The notes under the pieces are model-generated. The model was not told the origin of the DNA. It ran no database searches and worked only from the letters and a program-made list of their open reading frames with translations. A stretch of DNA of 64,000 bases from Candidatus Latescibacterota bacterium (GTDB taxonomy: Bacteria > Latescibacterota > UBA2968): contig OZ242195.1 in the NCBI GenBank assembly GCA_965205975.1, positions 1,056,001 through 1,120,000 on the forward strand, written 5' to 3'. The position numbers were made by a program, and so were the translations under genes. Below, piece after piece: positions 39,694 to 49,131 of this stretch. How positions within the stretch are numbered: the stretch's first letter is position 1; every line of letters starts with the position of its first letter.

Positions 39694-40128
39694 CTATAGA
39701 TACAGGTCGCAAAATTGTTGAGGGGTCAAAACTACGAGGTCTGGAAATCTCAACTCACCCATTCTAAAGTCTGTAATATTTTTTGTCACCACCAAAGCGT
39801 TGGTTGCAATAGCCGCTTCTAATACAAAATTGTCTTCTTCATCGGGCAGATTTGGACGCCACAAATAAAATACTTCAGATCGAGAGGCAAGTGCCAGCAA
39901 TGCGTCCAGGACAAACGCGATTTCTTCTTTACTGGCACCTATTAATTTGCGGATGCTTCTTCTTGTCAAGACCGATTCATATTCGAGATATAGCTTTTGT
40001 GTTAAAACTAGGGGAATAGTTGTCTTTTGAATGTTTTGAAGAATTTTGAAACTGGGAGAGTCTATACGGCGACATAGTCCAGCTACAAGCACATTTGTAT
40101 CCAGAACGATTAACGGCGGCGTAGCCAA
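39694..40128 (-). CDS. PIN-domain (VapC-like) toxin
   Basis: VLDTNVL, EYE, PDEEDNFVLEAA and TKNITDF motifs. Confidence 0.88.
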   Translation of the reverse strand: MATPPLIVLDTNVLVAGLCRRIDSPSFKILQNIQKTTIPLVLTQKLYLEYESVLTRRSIRKLIGASKEEIAFVLDALLALASRSEVFYLWRPNLPDEEDNFVLEAAIATNALVVTKNITDFRMGELRFPDLVVLTPQQFCDLYL

Positions 40129-40274
40129 GTTGTCATCCCTCAGGCGATGGTGTGATTAAGGTTGTGATACCAAATATAATACCATTTTAGATAAAAATAC
40201 AAATAAATTGATGCTGACAGATCAATTCCAGTTGTGTATTTTGTACTGACTACCCATAACATGAGAAATTCGAG

Positions 40275-40481
40275 ATGAATTATCGAGAACCCCTTGTAAC
40301 TGTTATCACCGCAACAAATCCCGGTTTGCTCGCGGTGATCAAATCCGTGCTCGACGATGCTGAGATCCCCTGTATAACGCGAGGCGAGGGATTTCAAACC
40401 CTGTATGCTGCAGGACATGTTGACGTGCTGGTATTTGAAAGCGATGCCGAGCAGGCGCGGGCACTTTTAAAAGACCTTTGA
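40275..40481 (+). CDS. DUF2007-like small protein
   Basis: IKSVLDDAEIPC...GE...VLVFESDAEQARALL pattern. Confidence 0.7.
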   Translation: MNYREPLVTVITATNPGLLAVIKSVLDDAEIPCITRGEGFQTLYAAGHVDVLVFESDAEQARALLKDL

Positions 40482-40561
40482 CGTATTTTTCTATAGAAGG
40501 CGATGAGGTTAATTTGGTTCAAGTTGAGGAGAGCAATAGAGGTTGCTATTGTTCAGGTAAT

Positions 40562-41932
40562 TTATGGCAGTGCGTTTGTTAGGAGCGGATTTGTCCTACG
40601 CCAGGGTTTGAGGGCAAATCCGCAGCCCAGGTCTTGCTCAATCTCACGCCATTTTTTCACTTCCCCCGGCGTGATAAACGTTACTGCCTTTCCCGAGCGG
40701 CCCATGCGCCCAGTCCGTCCGACCCGGTGCGTGAAAAGCTTCTCTGAGTCCGGCAAGTCATAGTTGATGACCTGGCCGATGCCCTCAACATCCAGGCCTC
40801 GCGCAGCCACGTTTGTTGCCACCAAAATCGGTGCGGTACCGGAACGGAAGGCCATCATCACACGCTCGCGTGCGCTTTGGCTGAGATCGCCCTGGAGCAC
40901 TCCTACGGGGTAGCCCAACGTGCCGAGCCGTTTCGCCAGTCTCTTGACGCCGTGCCTGGTCCTGCCAAAGACGATTACCGGATCGCCGTTCCGCTGGTCC
41001 AACTGCGTTTGGAGTGCCTTTATCTTATCTTTTTGCCGGATGGTATAGACCAGGTGCTCCACAGTGGGCAGTGCTTTAAGGTCGCTGTCTATCTTCACCG
41101 TTACCGGGTTGCGCAGATATTTCTTCGCTGTGTTCGCCACCCACTCGGGCATGGTTGCAGAGAGGAGAGCGGTCTGCCGCCTGGAGGGCGTCTGGCTAAG
41201 GATCGCTTCAACATCTTGGGCAAAACCTTTGTCCAGCATTTCATCCGCCTCATCAAGGACAAGGAATTGCACTGATCGCAGGTCTAGCGTGCCCTGTCTT
41301 AGATGGTCTAACGTACGGCCCGGGGTCCCAATGATGATCTGGGGCCCGCACTTCAGGGCTTTGTACTCTGGCCTCAATGACCGGCCGCCGTATAGTAATG
41401 TTACGCGCAACCGCTGCGATGAAGCCAGGGCCTCTGTGACTTTAGCCACCTGAATGGCCAACTCCCGCGTAGGCACCAGCACAACTGCCTGGACCCGTCG
41501 CACCGATGGGTTCAAGCTCTCTGCCATGGGTACTGCAAACACCAGCGTCTTTCCAGACCCCGTGCGCGCCTGTCCGATCAGGTCCCGCCCTGCCAGGAGA
41601 TGGGGGATCGATTTCGCCTGAATGGGCGTAGGCTCTGATATGTTCATCCTGGAAATTGCCTCCCTGGTCGCGACTTTCAAAGCCATCTCAGGAAACACGG
41701 CGGCACTGGTGATATTAGCAATGGGTTTAGTCGCAGTAAGTGATCTGCTTACGGGGCTTTTGGCTGGAGAAGAACGGCTGTTGCGACGGTTTTTGAAGCA
41801 AGAGCGACAGTACACCGGCCGGCCCGGTCTTAGCCGGAAAGGGACGGTTGTCAAAGTGTTGCAATCGGCGCACGCGGTGCGCTTTGCACGGCGAGATGGG
41901 CGCGGGTTAGTCGAGCGAGATTTACGAGGCAT
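40562..41932 (-). CDS. DEAD-box RNA helicase with N-terminal CxxC-x17-CxxC zinc ribbon
   Basis: CADC-x17-CRSC, TPIQ, ARTGSGKT, PTRELA, DEAD, SAT, ARGLD and HRVGRTGR motifs. Confidence 0.93.
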   Translation of the reverse strand: MPRKSRSTNPRPSRRAKRTACADCNTLTTVPFRLRPGRPVYCRSCFKNRRNSRSSPAKSPVSRSLTATKPIANITSAAVFPEMALKVATREAISRMNISEPTPIQAKSIPHLLAGRDLIGQARTGSGKTLVFAVPMAESLNPSVRRVQAVVLVPTRELAIQVAKVTEALASSQRLRVTLLYGGRSLRPEYKALKCGPQIIIGTPGRTLDHLRQGTLDLRSVQFLVLDEADEMLDKGFAQDVEAILSQTPSRRQTALLSATMPEWVANTAKKYLRNPVTVKIDSDLKALPTVEHLVYTIRQKDKIKALQTQLDQRNGDPVIVFGRTRHGVKRLAKRLGTLGYPVGVLQGDLSQSARERVMMAFRSGTAPILVATNVAARGLDVEGIGQVINYDLPDSEKLFTHRVGRTGRMGRSGKAVTFITPGEVKKWREIEQDLGCGFALKPWRRTNPLLTNALP

Positions 41933-42412
41933 GCGGGAATAGACTCCTTAGTCTAAAGAGATGACTCAGCGTGGGGTAAAAATACGAGCAGGGAAGACCG
42001 ATGAGCTACTGCTGCGAGAAACCCGGTGCGCTAATCATAAAAAAGTGGGTACAAGCAACAAGCCCCCGATAGGGTCGCACATCGGGAGCTTGCGTTAAAT
42101 GCGGTGCCGTATAAGAGTTAGCAGTTGGAAGTTTAGCGCCAGCGGTAGGGAGCAAATAGACGCCCTTTACAGCTATTTGTTTACTATCTGAGCAACGCTA
42201 AAATATCATAATAGCCTTTAAATATGCGGGGAGTGAATGTATCTGTCAAGTGCAATTTTTGACATCATTTTGTTCTGAGCCTCGTACGAGTTGGGGCTTG
42301 GAAATGTTGAGCCGAATTGCTAATATAGAGATTAAAAAATTAAATTGCCCCACCATTGCGCTTCGCGCACTTCTCAGGAGAGCAGATATCTCAATAAAAT
42401 TAAGGATCTGAT

Positions 42413-44143
42413 ATGCACAATATTCTGAAGTTGATGGGTTATATGCGGCCCTATTGGAAGCAGGCGACTATCGGCCCGTTGATGAAATTGATCGAGGTGA
42501 TGCTGGAATTGATGCAACCCTGGTTGGTGCAGCGGATTGTAGATGAGGGGATTGCCAGGGGAGATCTGGATCTGGTGATTGAGACCGGTCTGTGGATGCT
42601 CGGTCTGGCTATTGGGGGCGTTTTATTTGGTATCGGCAATGCCTGGTTTGGCGTGTGGGTGGCGCAGCGGGTGGAGACCGATGTGCGAAGTGCGCTTTTT
42701 GGCAAAATTCAGTCGCTTTCGTTTGGCAATCTGGATAAGCTGTCAACGGGGCATCTAATTACGCGGCTGACCAACGATGTGCGGCAAGTGGGAGAAGTGG
42801 CACGTTTGTTATTACGCATTCTGTCGCGTATGCCCATGTCGATGGTGGGCGGTCTCGTGATGGCGATTATAACCAGTCCTCGCCTGGGATTGATCTTTAT
42901 TGGACTGGTGCCCGTGGTTTTGGGGACTCTGATTCTGGTGTTTCGAAAAGCCAATGCGATGTTTGCTGAAGTGCAGAATCGCCTGGATCGGGTGAATCAG
43001 GTGACGCAGGAAAATCTGGCAGGCGTGCGCGTGGTGAAGGCTTTTTTGAGGGCAAATCACGAGATCGAACGGTTTGGAACGGCCAATAACAGGTTGATGG
43101 AACAGACGATTCGGGTGACGCAACTGGTGGCATTGGTGATGCCAGTTATGATGCTGATACTGAACCTGGGTGTGGTGGGAGTGATCTGGTTCGGGGGGAT
43201 TGCAGTGACCCAGGGAGGGATGAAGCTGGGCGAGATTATTGCGTTTATCAATTATCTGTTGCTTTTCTTGCAATCCCTGATGATAGGCAGTATGGTGCTT
43301 ATTCGGATGTCCCGAGCAGAGGCTTCTGCCGAGCGCATTATTGAGGTGCTGAATAGCGAGCCAGAGGTGCATGATCGGGCGGATGCAAAGCGCGATGTGG
43401 TGTTGAAGGGGCAGGTCGCGTTTGAAAATGTGACGTTTAGTTATAATGAGACGGCGGATGATCCGGTATTGCGGAATCTGAATTTTGTCGCCGAGCCGGG
43501 GCAAAAGGTGGCGATTTTGGGTTCGACAGGGGCGGGCAAATCGTCGTTGGTGAATCTTATCCCGCGGTTTTACGATGTGGATGCTGGGCGGGTGATGGTG
43601 GATGGGATGGATGTGCGGGATATGGGACAGGAGGCACTGCGACAGCAAATTGGAATGGCGCTCCAGGAGTCGGTCCTTTTTTCCGGTACTATTCGGCACA
43701 ATATTCGGTACGGGCGGCCCGATGCGACCGATGAAGAGGTCGAGGCTGCTGCCAGGGCAGCTATGGCGCACGATTTTATTGTCCAGTTTCCAGATAAGTA
43801 CGAGACGCTATTGGGCCAGCGCGGCGTGAATTTGTCGGGGGGACAGAGGCAGCGGATCGCGATAGCCCGGGCGTTGATCTCCCGCCCGAAGGTGTTGATT
43901 TTAGACGATAGTACCAGTGCGGTAGATCTGGAGACAGAGGCAAGGATTCACGATGCGCTTGAAGAGATGGTCGGGTGTACGAGTTTTCTGGTAGCGCAGC
44001 GCATCAGTACGGTGTTGCAGGCAGACAAGATTCTGGTGTTGGACGATGGGGTGCTGGTTGCCGAGGGTACGCATCAGGAGTTGATGGCGTCCAGTTCAGT
44101 ATATCAGGAGATTTACGATTCACAACTCGGAGAGGGAAACTGA
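42413..44143 (+). CDS. Heterodimeric ABC exporter subunit (degenerate Walker B/H-switch)
   Basis: GSTGAGKS, LSGGQ, LILDDS and AQR motifs. Confidence 0.92.
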   Translation: MHNILKLMGYMRPYWKQATIGPLMKLIEVMLELMQPWLVQRIVDEGIARGDLDLVIETGLWMLGLAIGGVLFGIGNAWFGVWVAQRVETDVRSALFGKIQSLSFGNLDKLSTGHLITRLTNDVRQVGEVARLLLRILSRMPMSMVGGLVMAIITSPRLGLIFIGLVPVVLGTLILVFRKANAMFAEVQNRLDRVNQVTQENLAGVRVVKAFLRANHEIERFGTANNRLMEQTIRVTQLVALVMPVMMLILNLGVVGVIWFGGIAVTQGGMKLGEIIAFINYLLLFLQSLMIGSMVLIRMSRAEASAERIIEVLNSEPEVHDRADAKRDVVLKGQVAFENVTFSYNETADDPVLRNLNFVAEPGQKVAILGSTGAGKSSLVNLIPRFYDVDAGRVMVDGMDVRDMGQEALRQQIGMALQESVLFSGTIRHNIRYGRPDATDEEVEAAARAAMAHDFIVQFPDKYETLLGQRGVNLSGGQRQRIAIARALISRPKVLILDDSTSAVDLETEARIHDALEEMVGCTSFLVAQRISTVLQADKILVLDDGVLVAEGTHQELMASSSVYQEIYDSQLGEGN

Positions 44144-44144
44144 T

Positions 44145-45992
44145 ATGGCGGAAGTTGATCGACAGCGTGACGGTGAACCGCGAGAACCTGGCGGAATGAT
44201 GGGGGGGCGCCGTCGAATGATGATGATGGGAGACGATGAGCGGGCGCGGGATTTTCGGGGGACTGCCCGCCGTTTGATGGGGTATATGAGGCGCTACAGG
44301 GGGACATTGGTCGGGGTGGTGGGGCTGGTGGTGGTCTCAACGGGGTTAGAGGTGGCAGGGCCGTATTTGATGGGGCGTGCGATTGATGAATATATTGTCG
44401 ATAACGACTTGCCTGGTCTTTTTCAAATTGCCCTGTTGATGGCGGGGGTGTATGTGGCCCTGGCACTGACGACCTGGCTTCAGTCTTTTGTGATGGCGCG
44501 AGTATCTCAAAATGCTGTGAGGGATTTGCGTCAGGATATTTTTAACCGCTTGCAGGTGCTTCCGCTGCGGTTTTTTGATCGGCGTGCCAGTGGCGATCTC
44601 ATGAGCCGGGTGACGAATGATGTGGATAATATCAGCAGTGTGTTGTCGGAGAGCGTGACGCAGTTGATTAACAGCGTGTTGACTCTGGTGGGCGTGTCGG
44701 CCATGATGTTGTGGATGGATTGGCCGTTGGCGTTGATTAGCTTGCTTACCTTTCCACTGATGGCGTCTTTGACAGGGCAGGTCGCCAAACGCGCGCGGCG
44801 GGGATTTCGCGAGCAGCAGGCGGCACTGGGTGCGCTCAATGGGATGATTGAAGAGACGATTGCGGCAGAACAGGTGGTGAAAGCTTATGGACGCGAGCAG
44901 GCGTCGATTGAGGCATTTGAAAAGTTCAATAACAGGTTGAAGTATGCCGGTACGCGCGCGCAGTTTTTCGGGACACTGATGCCGCCTTTGACCTTTTTTG
45001 TGAACAATATGGGCCTGGTGATTGTGGCTTTTGCTGGTGGCTATATGGCTGTTCAGGGCGATGTGACAATCGGTGTGATTGCCGCTTTTATCAGCTATGT
45101 GCGGCAGTTTGGACGACCTTTGGGCCAGGTTGCCAATTTGTACAATTCGATACAGTCGGCACTGGCCGGAGCAGAGCGGGTTTTTGAGACTATTGACGAG
45201 TTTCCCGAAGTGCCTGACATGCCAGATTCGGTCGCGTTAGAACGGGTTCGGGGCGATGTGATTTTCGATCGGGTGTGTTTTGGTTATGAAAAAGATGTGC
45301 CAGTGCTCAAAGAGGTGAGTTTGCAGGCCAGACCGGGAGAGAAGATTGCGCTGGTAGGACCGACGGGAGCGGGCAAGACGACCATTGTGAATTTGCTGAC
45401 CCGGTTCTACGATATCGATAGTGGGGCGATCTATATCGACGGCCATGATATTCGGCAGGTGAAACGGAATGCTCTGCGCCAGCAACTGGGCATTGTGTTG
45501 CAGGATACTTTTTTGTTGTCTGATACTGTGCGGGAAAATATCCGTTATGGACGGTTAGATGCTTTGGATGAGGAGGTGGTTGATGCGGCCAAATTGGCCA
45601 ATGCAGATCCCTTTATTCACCGGTTGCCCCAGGGATATGATACGGTGCTTTCGGAACGCGGCGGCAATTTGAGCCAGGGACAGCGGCAGATGCTGGCTAT
45701 TGCGAGAGCCGCGCTGGCCGATCCGTCGATTCTCATTTTAGATGAGGCGACTTCCAGCGTGGATACGCGGACGGAAATGCGGATTCAACAGGCGCTTTTA
45801 AGGCTGATGGAGGGGCGCACGAGCTTTATTATTGCCCACCGATTGAGCACGATTCGCAATGTGGATGAAATTCTGGTCATTGACGACGGGCAGATTATTG
45901 AACGCGGGTCGCATCGGGCGTTGTTGGATGCTGAGGGATTTTATTACAATTTGTATATGAGCCAGTTCAAGGGAGAGGTCACTTTTGTTTAA
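44145..45992 (+). CDS. Heterodimeric ABC exporter partner subunit
   Basis: GPTGAGKT, LSQGQ, LILDEA and AHR motifs, the TM287/288-type pattern. Confidence 0.92.
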   Translation: MAEVDRQRDGEPREPGGMMGGRRRMMMMGDDERARDFRGTARRLMGYMRRYRGTLVGVVGLVVVSTGLEVAGPYLMGRAIDEYIVDNDLPGLFQIALLMAGVYVALALTTWLQSFVMARVSQNAVRDLRQDIFNRLQVLPLRFFDRRASGDLMSRVTNDVDNISSVLSESVTQLINSVLTLVGVSAMMLWMDWPLALISLLTFPLMASLTGQVAKRARRGFREQQAALGALNGMIEETIAAEQVVKAYGREQASIEAFEKFNNRLKYAGTRAQFFGTLMPPLTFFVNNMGLVIVAFAGGYMAVQGDVTIGVIAAFISYVRQFGRPLGQVANLYNSIQSALAGAERVFETIDEFPEVPDMPDSVALERVRGDVIFDRVCFGYEKDVPVLKEVSLQARPGEKIALVGPTGAGKTTIVNLLTRFYDIDSGAIYIDGHDIRQVKRNALRQQLGIVLQDTFLLSDTVRENIRYGRLDALDEEVVDAAKLANADPFIHRLPQGYDTVLSERGGNLSQGQRQMLAIARAALADPSILILDEATSSVDTRTEMRIQQALLRLMEGRTSFIIAHRLSTIRNVDEILVIDDGQIIERGSHRALLDAEGFYYNLYMSQFKGEVTFV

Positions 45993-46004
45993 AGGAGAGG
46001 AAAA

Positions 46005-46736
46005 ATGTCCTATCGACTAACACCAGAAGATGTGCGGTTCTTTCACGACGAGGGGTATCTCGGGCCATATACGATGCATTCGCCAGAAGAAATGGATCGT
46101 ATTCGGCCTGTTGTTGAGCGTGAAATTTTTGAAGCCGAAGGCCCGTTTCACGTCAATCGGAAAAAATCGCGGCATCTCGATAGTCGAACGATCTACGATC
46201 TGTGTACACATCCGACCATTATGGATCGGATAGAAGGCATTCTCGGTCCGGATATCGTGCTCTGGCAATCCAACTTTTTTAACAAACCCCCCGGTGCCAA
46301 AGAAATTCCCTGGCATCAGGATATGAATTTCTGGTCCACCGAAATAGAACCGGGGATTAATGTTTCTGCCTGGTTAGCCATTGACGATACAGATGTCACC
46401 AACAGTTGTGTTCAACTCATGCCGGGGTCACACCGAAAAATGATTCCGCACATTAAAGCAACACCTGAACAGGCTTTTCGCGAACAGGGCGACCCCGATC
46501 ACATCGGTGTTGACCCGGATCGCGTTGTGAAGATGAAAATGAAAGCCGGGCAATTTTTCCTATTCACCGAGCGCATGCTCCACTACTCAGCAGCCAATAC
46601 GTCTGATCGCCGACGTCTGGGATTGGCCATACGCATTACCATTCCGATTGTGCGCTGTTACAAAAGGTATCACCTTCATCTGGTGCGCGGTGAGGATCGG
46701 ATGGGATTTAATGTGTATGGAGATGCACCTGAATGA
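46005..46736 (+). CDS. PhyH family Fe(II)/2OG dioxygenase
   Basis: PWHQD, PGSH and LHYSAANTSDRRR motifs. Confidence 0.9.
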   Translation: MSYRLTPEDVRFFHDEGYLGPYTMHSPEEMDRIRPVVEREIFEAEGPFHVNRKKSRHLDSRTIYDLCTHPTIMDRIEGILGPDIVLWQSNFFNKPPGAKEIPWHQDMNFWSTEIEPGINVSAWLAIDDTDVTNSCVQLMPGSHRKMIPHIKATPEQAFREQGDPDHIGVDPDRVVKMKMKAGQFFLFTERMLHYSAANTSDRRRLGLAIRITIPIVRCYKRYHLHLVRGEDRMGFNVYGDAPE

Positions 46737-46777
46737 TCGGGATTACTAAACGACAATATCGAAAACGGTGAAAACTT

Positions 46778-47785
46778 ATGAAAAAAGCCATACTCCACGG
46801 TCCGCGAGACCTTCGCATTGAAGAGCATCCGCTTGATACGAGCGCGCTTGGCGCTGATGAGGTCTGGGTTGAAACGCAGATTAGCGCGTTTAAGATCGGA
46901 ACAGATCGGGGCAATTTTGAAGGTGCTGATCGCGTACCGGGGGCGCCGGATTATCCGCGATTTGTTGGCGATAGCAATCTGGGTATTGTTCGCGGTATTG
47001 GTGCCGAGGTCACGCGTTTTGAGGTCGGTGATCGCGTTGTGGCGACTCAGCCTCACCAATCTGAATACATCATAAACCAGTTTGGTGACATCTTCAAAAT
47101 ACCCCCTGATGCCGATGATGAAGATGGTGTGTATGCACACCTCTATGCACTCAGCGCACATTGTTATCACAAAGCATTATTTAGACCCGGGGAAAATGTC
47201 GCCGTTGTTGGCCTGGGTGTTCTCGGTCTGGGAGCAGTCGCTTTGGGTCCTTTGTTTGGTGCCCGCGTCGTTGGGCTTGGCAATAGTTCCATCAGGTTAG
47301 ATATGGCAAAGCGCATGGGTGCTCACGCGGCTTATTTATCAGATGATCCAGATATTGAAGAGAAACTCGACGCTTTTACAAGCGGAAGAGGCATTGATCT
47401 GGTTATTCTTACGGCGAATCCCTGGCCGGCTTTCAGAACATCTGTTGAAATTGTGCGGCCAAATGGTCGGGTCTCTATTGTCAGCCTTATGGGACGGGGT
47501 GAACCACCGCTCGATTTTAACCCTCTGGCAATGGAATGGTTTTACGCCAAGGGGATATCTCTGATTGCCGTGCATGGAGAAGATGCCCAATTATATCCGC
47601 ATGCCGATGCTTCGGGCCATTTGGGTCATTGCGATCACGTTCTTTCTCTTATGGCAGAAAAAAAACTTCAGCCCAGCCGTCTAATTACGCACCGTTTGCA
47701 TTATACGGAAATGGTTCAGGCTTATGAAATGGCATACACGCGTGAAAAATCTATGCTGGGTGTCATTTTTAATTGGCGGGAATAG
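46778..47785 (+). CDS. Medium-chain dehydrogenase/reductase without canonical Zn ligands
   Basis: GroES-like N-terminus and GLGVLG motif. KIGTD replaces CGSD and there is no GHE. Confidence 0.8.
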   Translation: MKKAILHGPRDLRIEEHPLDTSALGADEVWVETQISAFKIGTDRGNFEGADRVPGAPDYPRFVGDSNLGIVRGIGAEVTRFEVGDRVVATQPHQSEYIINQFGDIFKIPPDADDEDGVYAHLYALSAHCYHKALFRPGENVAVVGLGVLGLGAVALGPLFGARVVGLGNSSIRLDMAKRMGAHAAYLSDDPDIEEKLDAFTSGRGIDLVILTANPWPAFRTSVEIVRPNGRVSIVSLMGRGEPPLDFNPLAMEWFYAKGISLIAVHGEDAQLYPHADASGHLGHCDHVLSLMAEKKLQPSRLITHRLHYTEMVQAYEMAYTREKSMLGVIFNWRE

Positions 47786-47788
47786 GCT

Positions 47789-49120
47789 ATGTCACACGAT
47801 GTCACAAAATCGTTAGAGTTGTATAAAAAAGCGGGAGAACGCATTCCGGGGTGGACACAGCTCATCAGCCGAAGAGCTGACCGGGTTGCAAATGGCGTTA
47901 GTCCTCTCTATGTCGCGCGATCAAAAGGCGCGCGATTTGTAGATGTTGATGGCAACGAGTATATCGATTGGATCCGCGCTTTGGGCGCTATTATTCTGGG
48001 CTATGCAGATCCCGTTGTCGATGGTGCTGTTAAAAAGCAGATTGATCTGGGTAGCCTGCATTCCATGAATAGCGCGCTCGAAATTGAGCTGGCAGATGAG
48101 TTAATCAATACCATACCGAGTGCTGAAATGGTGCGCTATACAAAGGGAGGAGGGGAAGCCTGTGCTGTGGCTGCTCGCATTACTCGGGGCGCGACAAATC
48201 GGGACATTATTCTTTTTTGCGGTTATCACGGATGGCACGATTGGTATCAATCGGCAAATTATCTCGTTGATCCCGAGAGCGGAGAGTATCCCTTTGCCGG
48301 TATTGAGCCAATTGGTGTGCCGCGTGCGCTGGCGGGAACGGCGATTCCATTTACCTATGGTGATCTCGACATGCTCGGGCGTTTGCTGACCGAATATCAG
48401 GGCGAGGTTGCCGCAGTTATGATGGAGCCGGCTCGATCCGAGTGGCCCGAAGATGGGTACCTCGAAGGAGTCAAAGAACTCGCCCGCAGGCATGGCGCTT
48501 TGCTCATATTCGACGAAGTCTCCTGTGGTTGGCGTGAGTCTCTGGGTGGTATGCAGAAATATTTGGGTGTTACGCCAGATATCACGGTGATTGCCAAAGG
48601 CATGTCCAATGGGTATCCGATGGGGGCTGTTGTTGGATCGTGCGAGGCGATGGAACCCGCCAAGGCGATGTTTATTTCCAGTTCGTATTGGAGCGATAAT
48701 ATCGGGCCTATTGCGTCGCTGACCACCATCCGAGAACTCAAAAGGCGAGATAGCGAGACACATCTGGCCGAAATGGGCCAAAAAGTGGCCGGGGCAATTG
48801 ACGAAGCGGTCTTATCTGCTGGCCTTTCGGGATCGTGTAAGGGATTTCCCGCAACGCCCAATCTGGTGCTCGATTTGCCCGATGAGGCATTGAGCGGCAA
48901 GGTTCAGACGCTTTTTATTCAGGAGATGGCTCGCCGGGGGGTGCATTGTTACATGGGTTTTGGGCCTACGCTTGCACATACCGAAGAGGATGTGCGTATT
49001 ACTGCTGACGCGGTTGAAGCCTCTTTGCGCGTCGTAAAGCAGGGGCTTGAAAATGATTCTATCGACGATCTGCTCATTTGCGATCTGCACTCGGAACCCT
49101 TCCGCCGGATTGTTCGATAA
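47789..49120 (+). CDS. Class III aminotransferase (glutamate-1-semialdehyde aminomutase-like)
   Basis: DVDGNEYID, YHGWHDW, LIFDEV and AKGMSNGYP motifs. Confidence 0.88.
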   Translation: MSHDVTKSLELYKKAGERIPGWTQLISRRADRVANGVSPLYVARSKGARFVDVDGNEYIDWIRALGAIILGYADPVVDGAVKKQIDLGSLHSMNSALEIELADELINTIPSAEMVRYTKGGGEACAVAARITRGATNRDIILFCGYHGWHDWYQSANYLVDPESGEYPFAGIEPIGVPRALAGTAIPFTYGDLDMLGRLLTEYQGEVAAVMMEPARSEWPEDGYLEGVKELARRHGALLIFDEVSCGWRESLGGMQKYLGVTPDITVIAKGMSNGYPMGAVVGSCEAMEPAKAMFISSSYWSDNIGPIASLTTIRELKRRDSETHLAEMGQKVAGAIDEAVLSAGLSGSCKGFPATPNLVLDLPDEALSGKVQTLFIQEMARRGVHCYMGFGPTLAHTEEDVRITADAVEASLRVVKQGLENDSIDDLLICDLHSEPFRRIVR

Positions 49121-49131
49121 AGGAGAAAAAA

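Noticed and set aside
42812..43771. 319-aa His-rich minus-strand ORF
   Set aside because: It is antisense to the ABC gene, and the His richness mirrors GTG/ATG codons on the coding strand.
46005..46736. SyrB2-like halogenase
   Set aside because: It retains HQD, the hydroxylase-type triad.
47789..49120. hemL assignment
   Set aside because: The family is similar, but there is no tetrapyrrole context and the motifs diverge, so the symbol is withheld.
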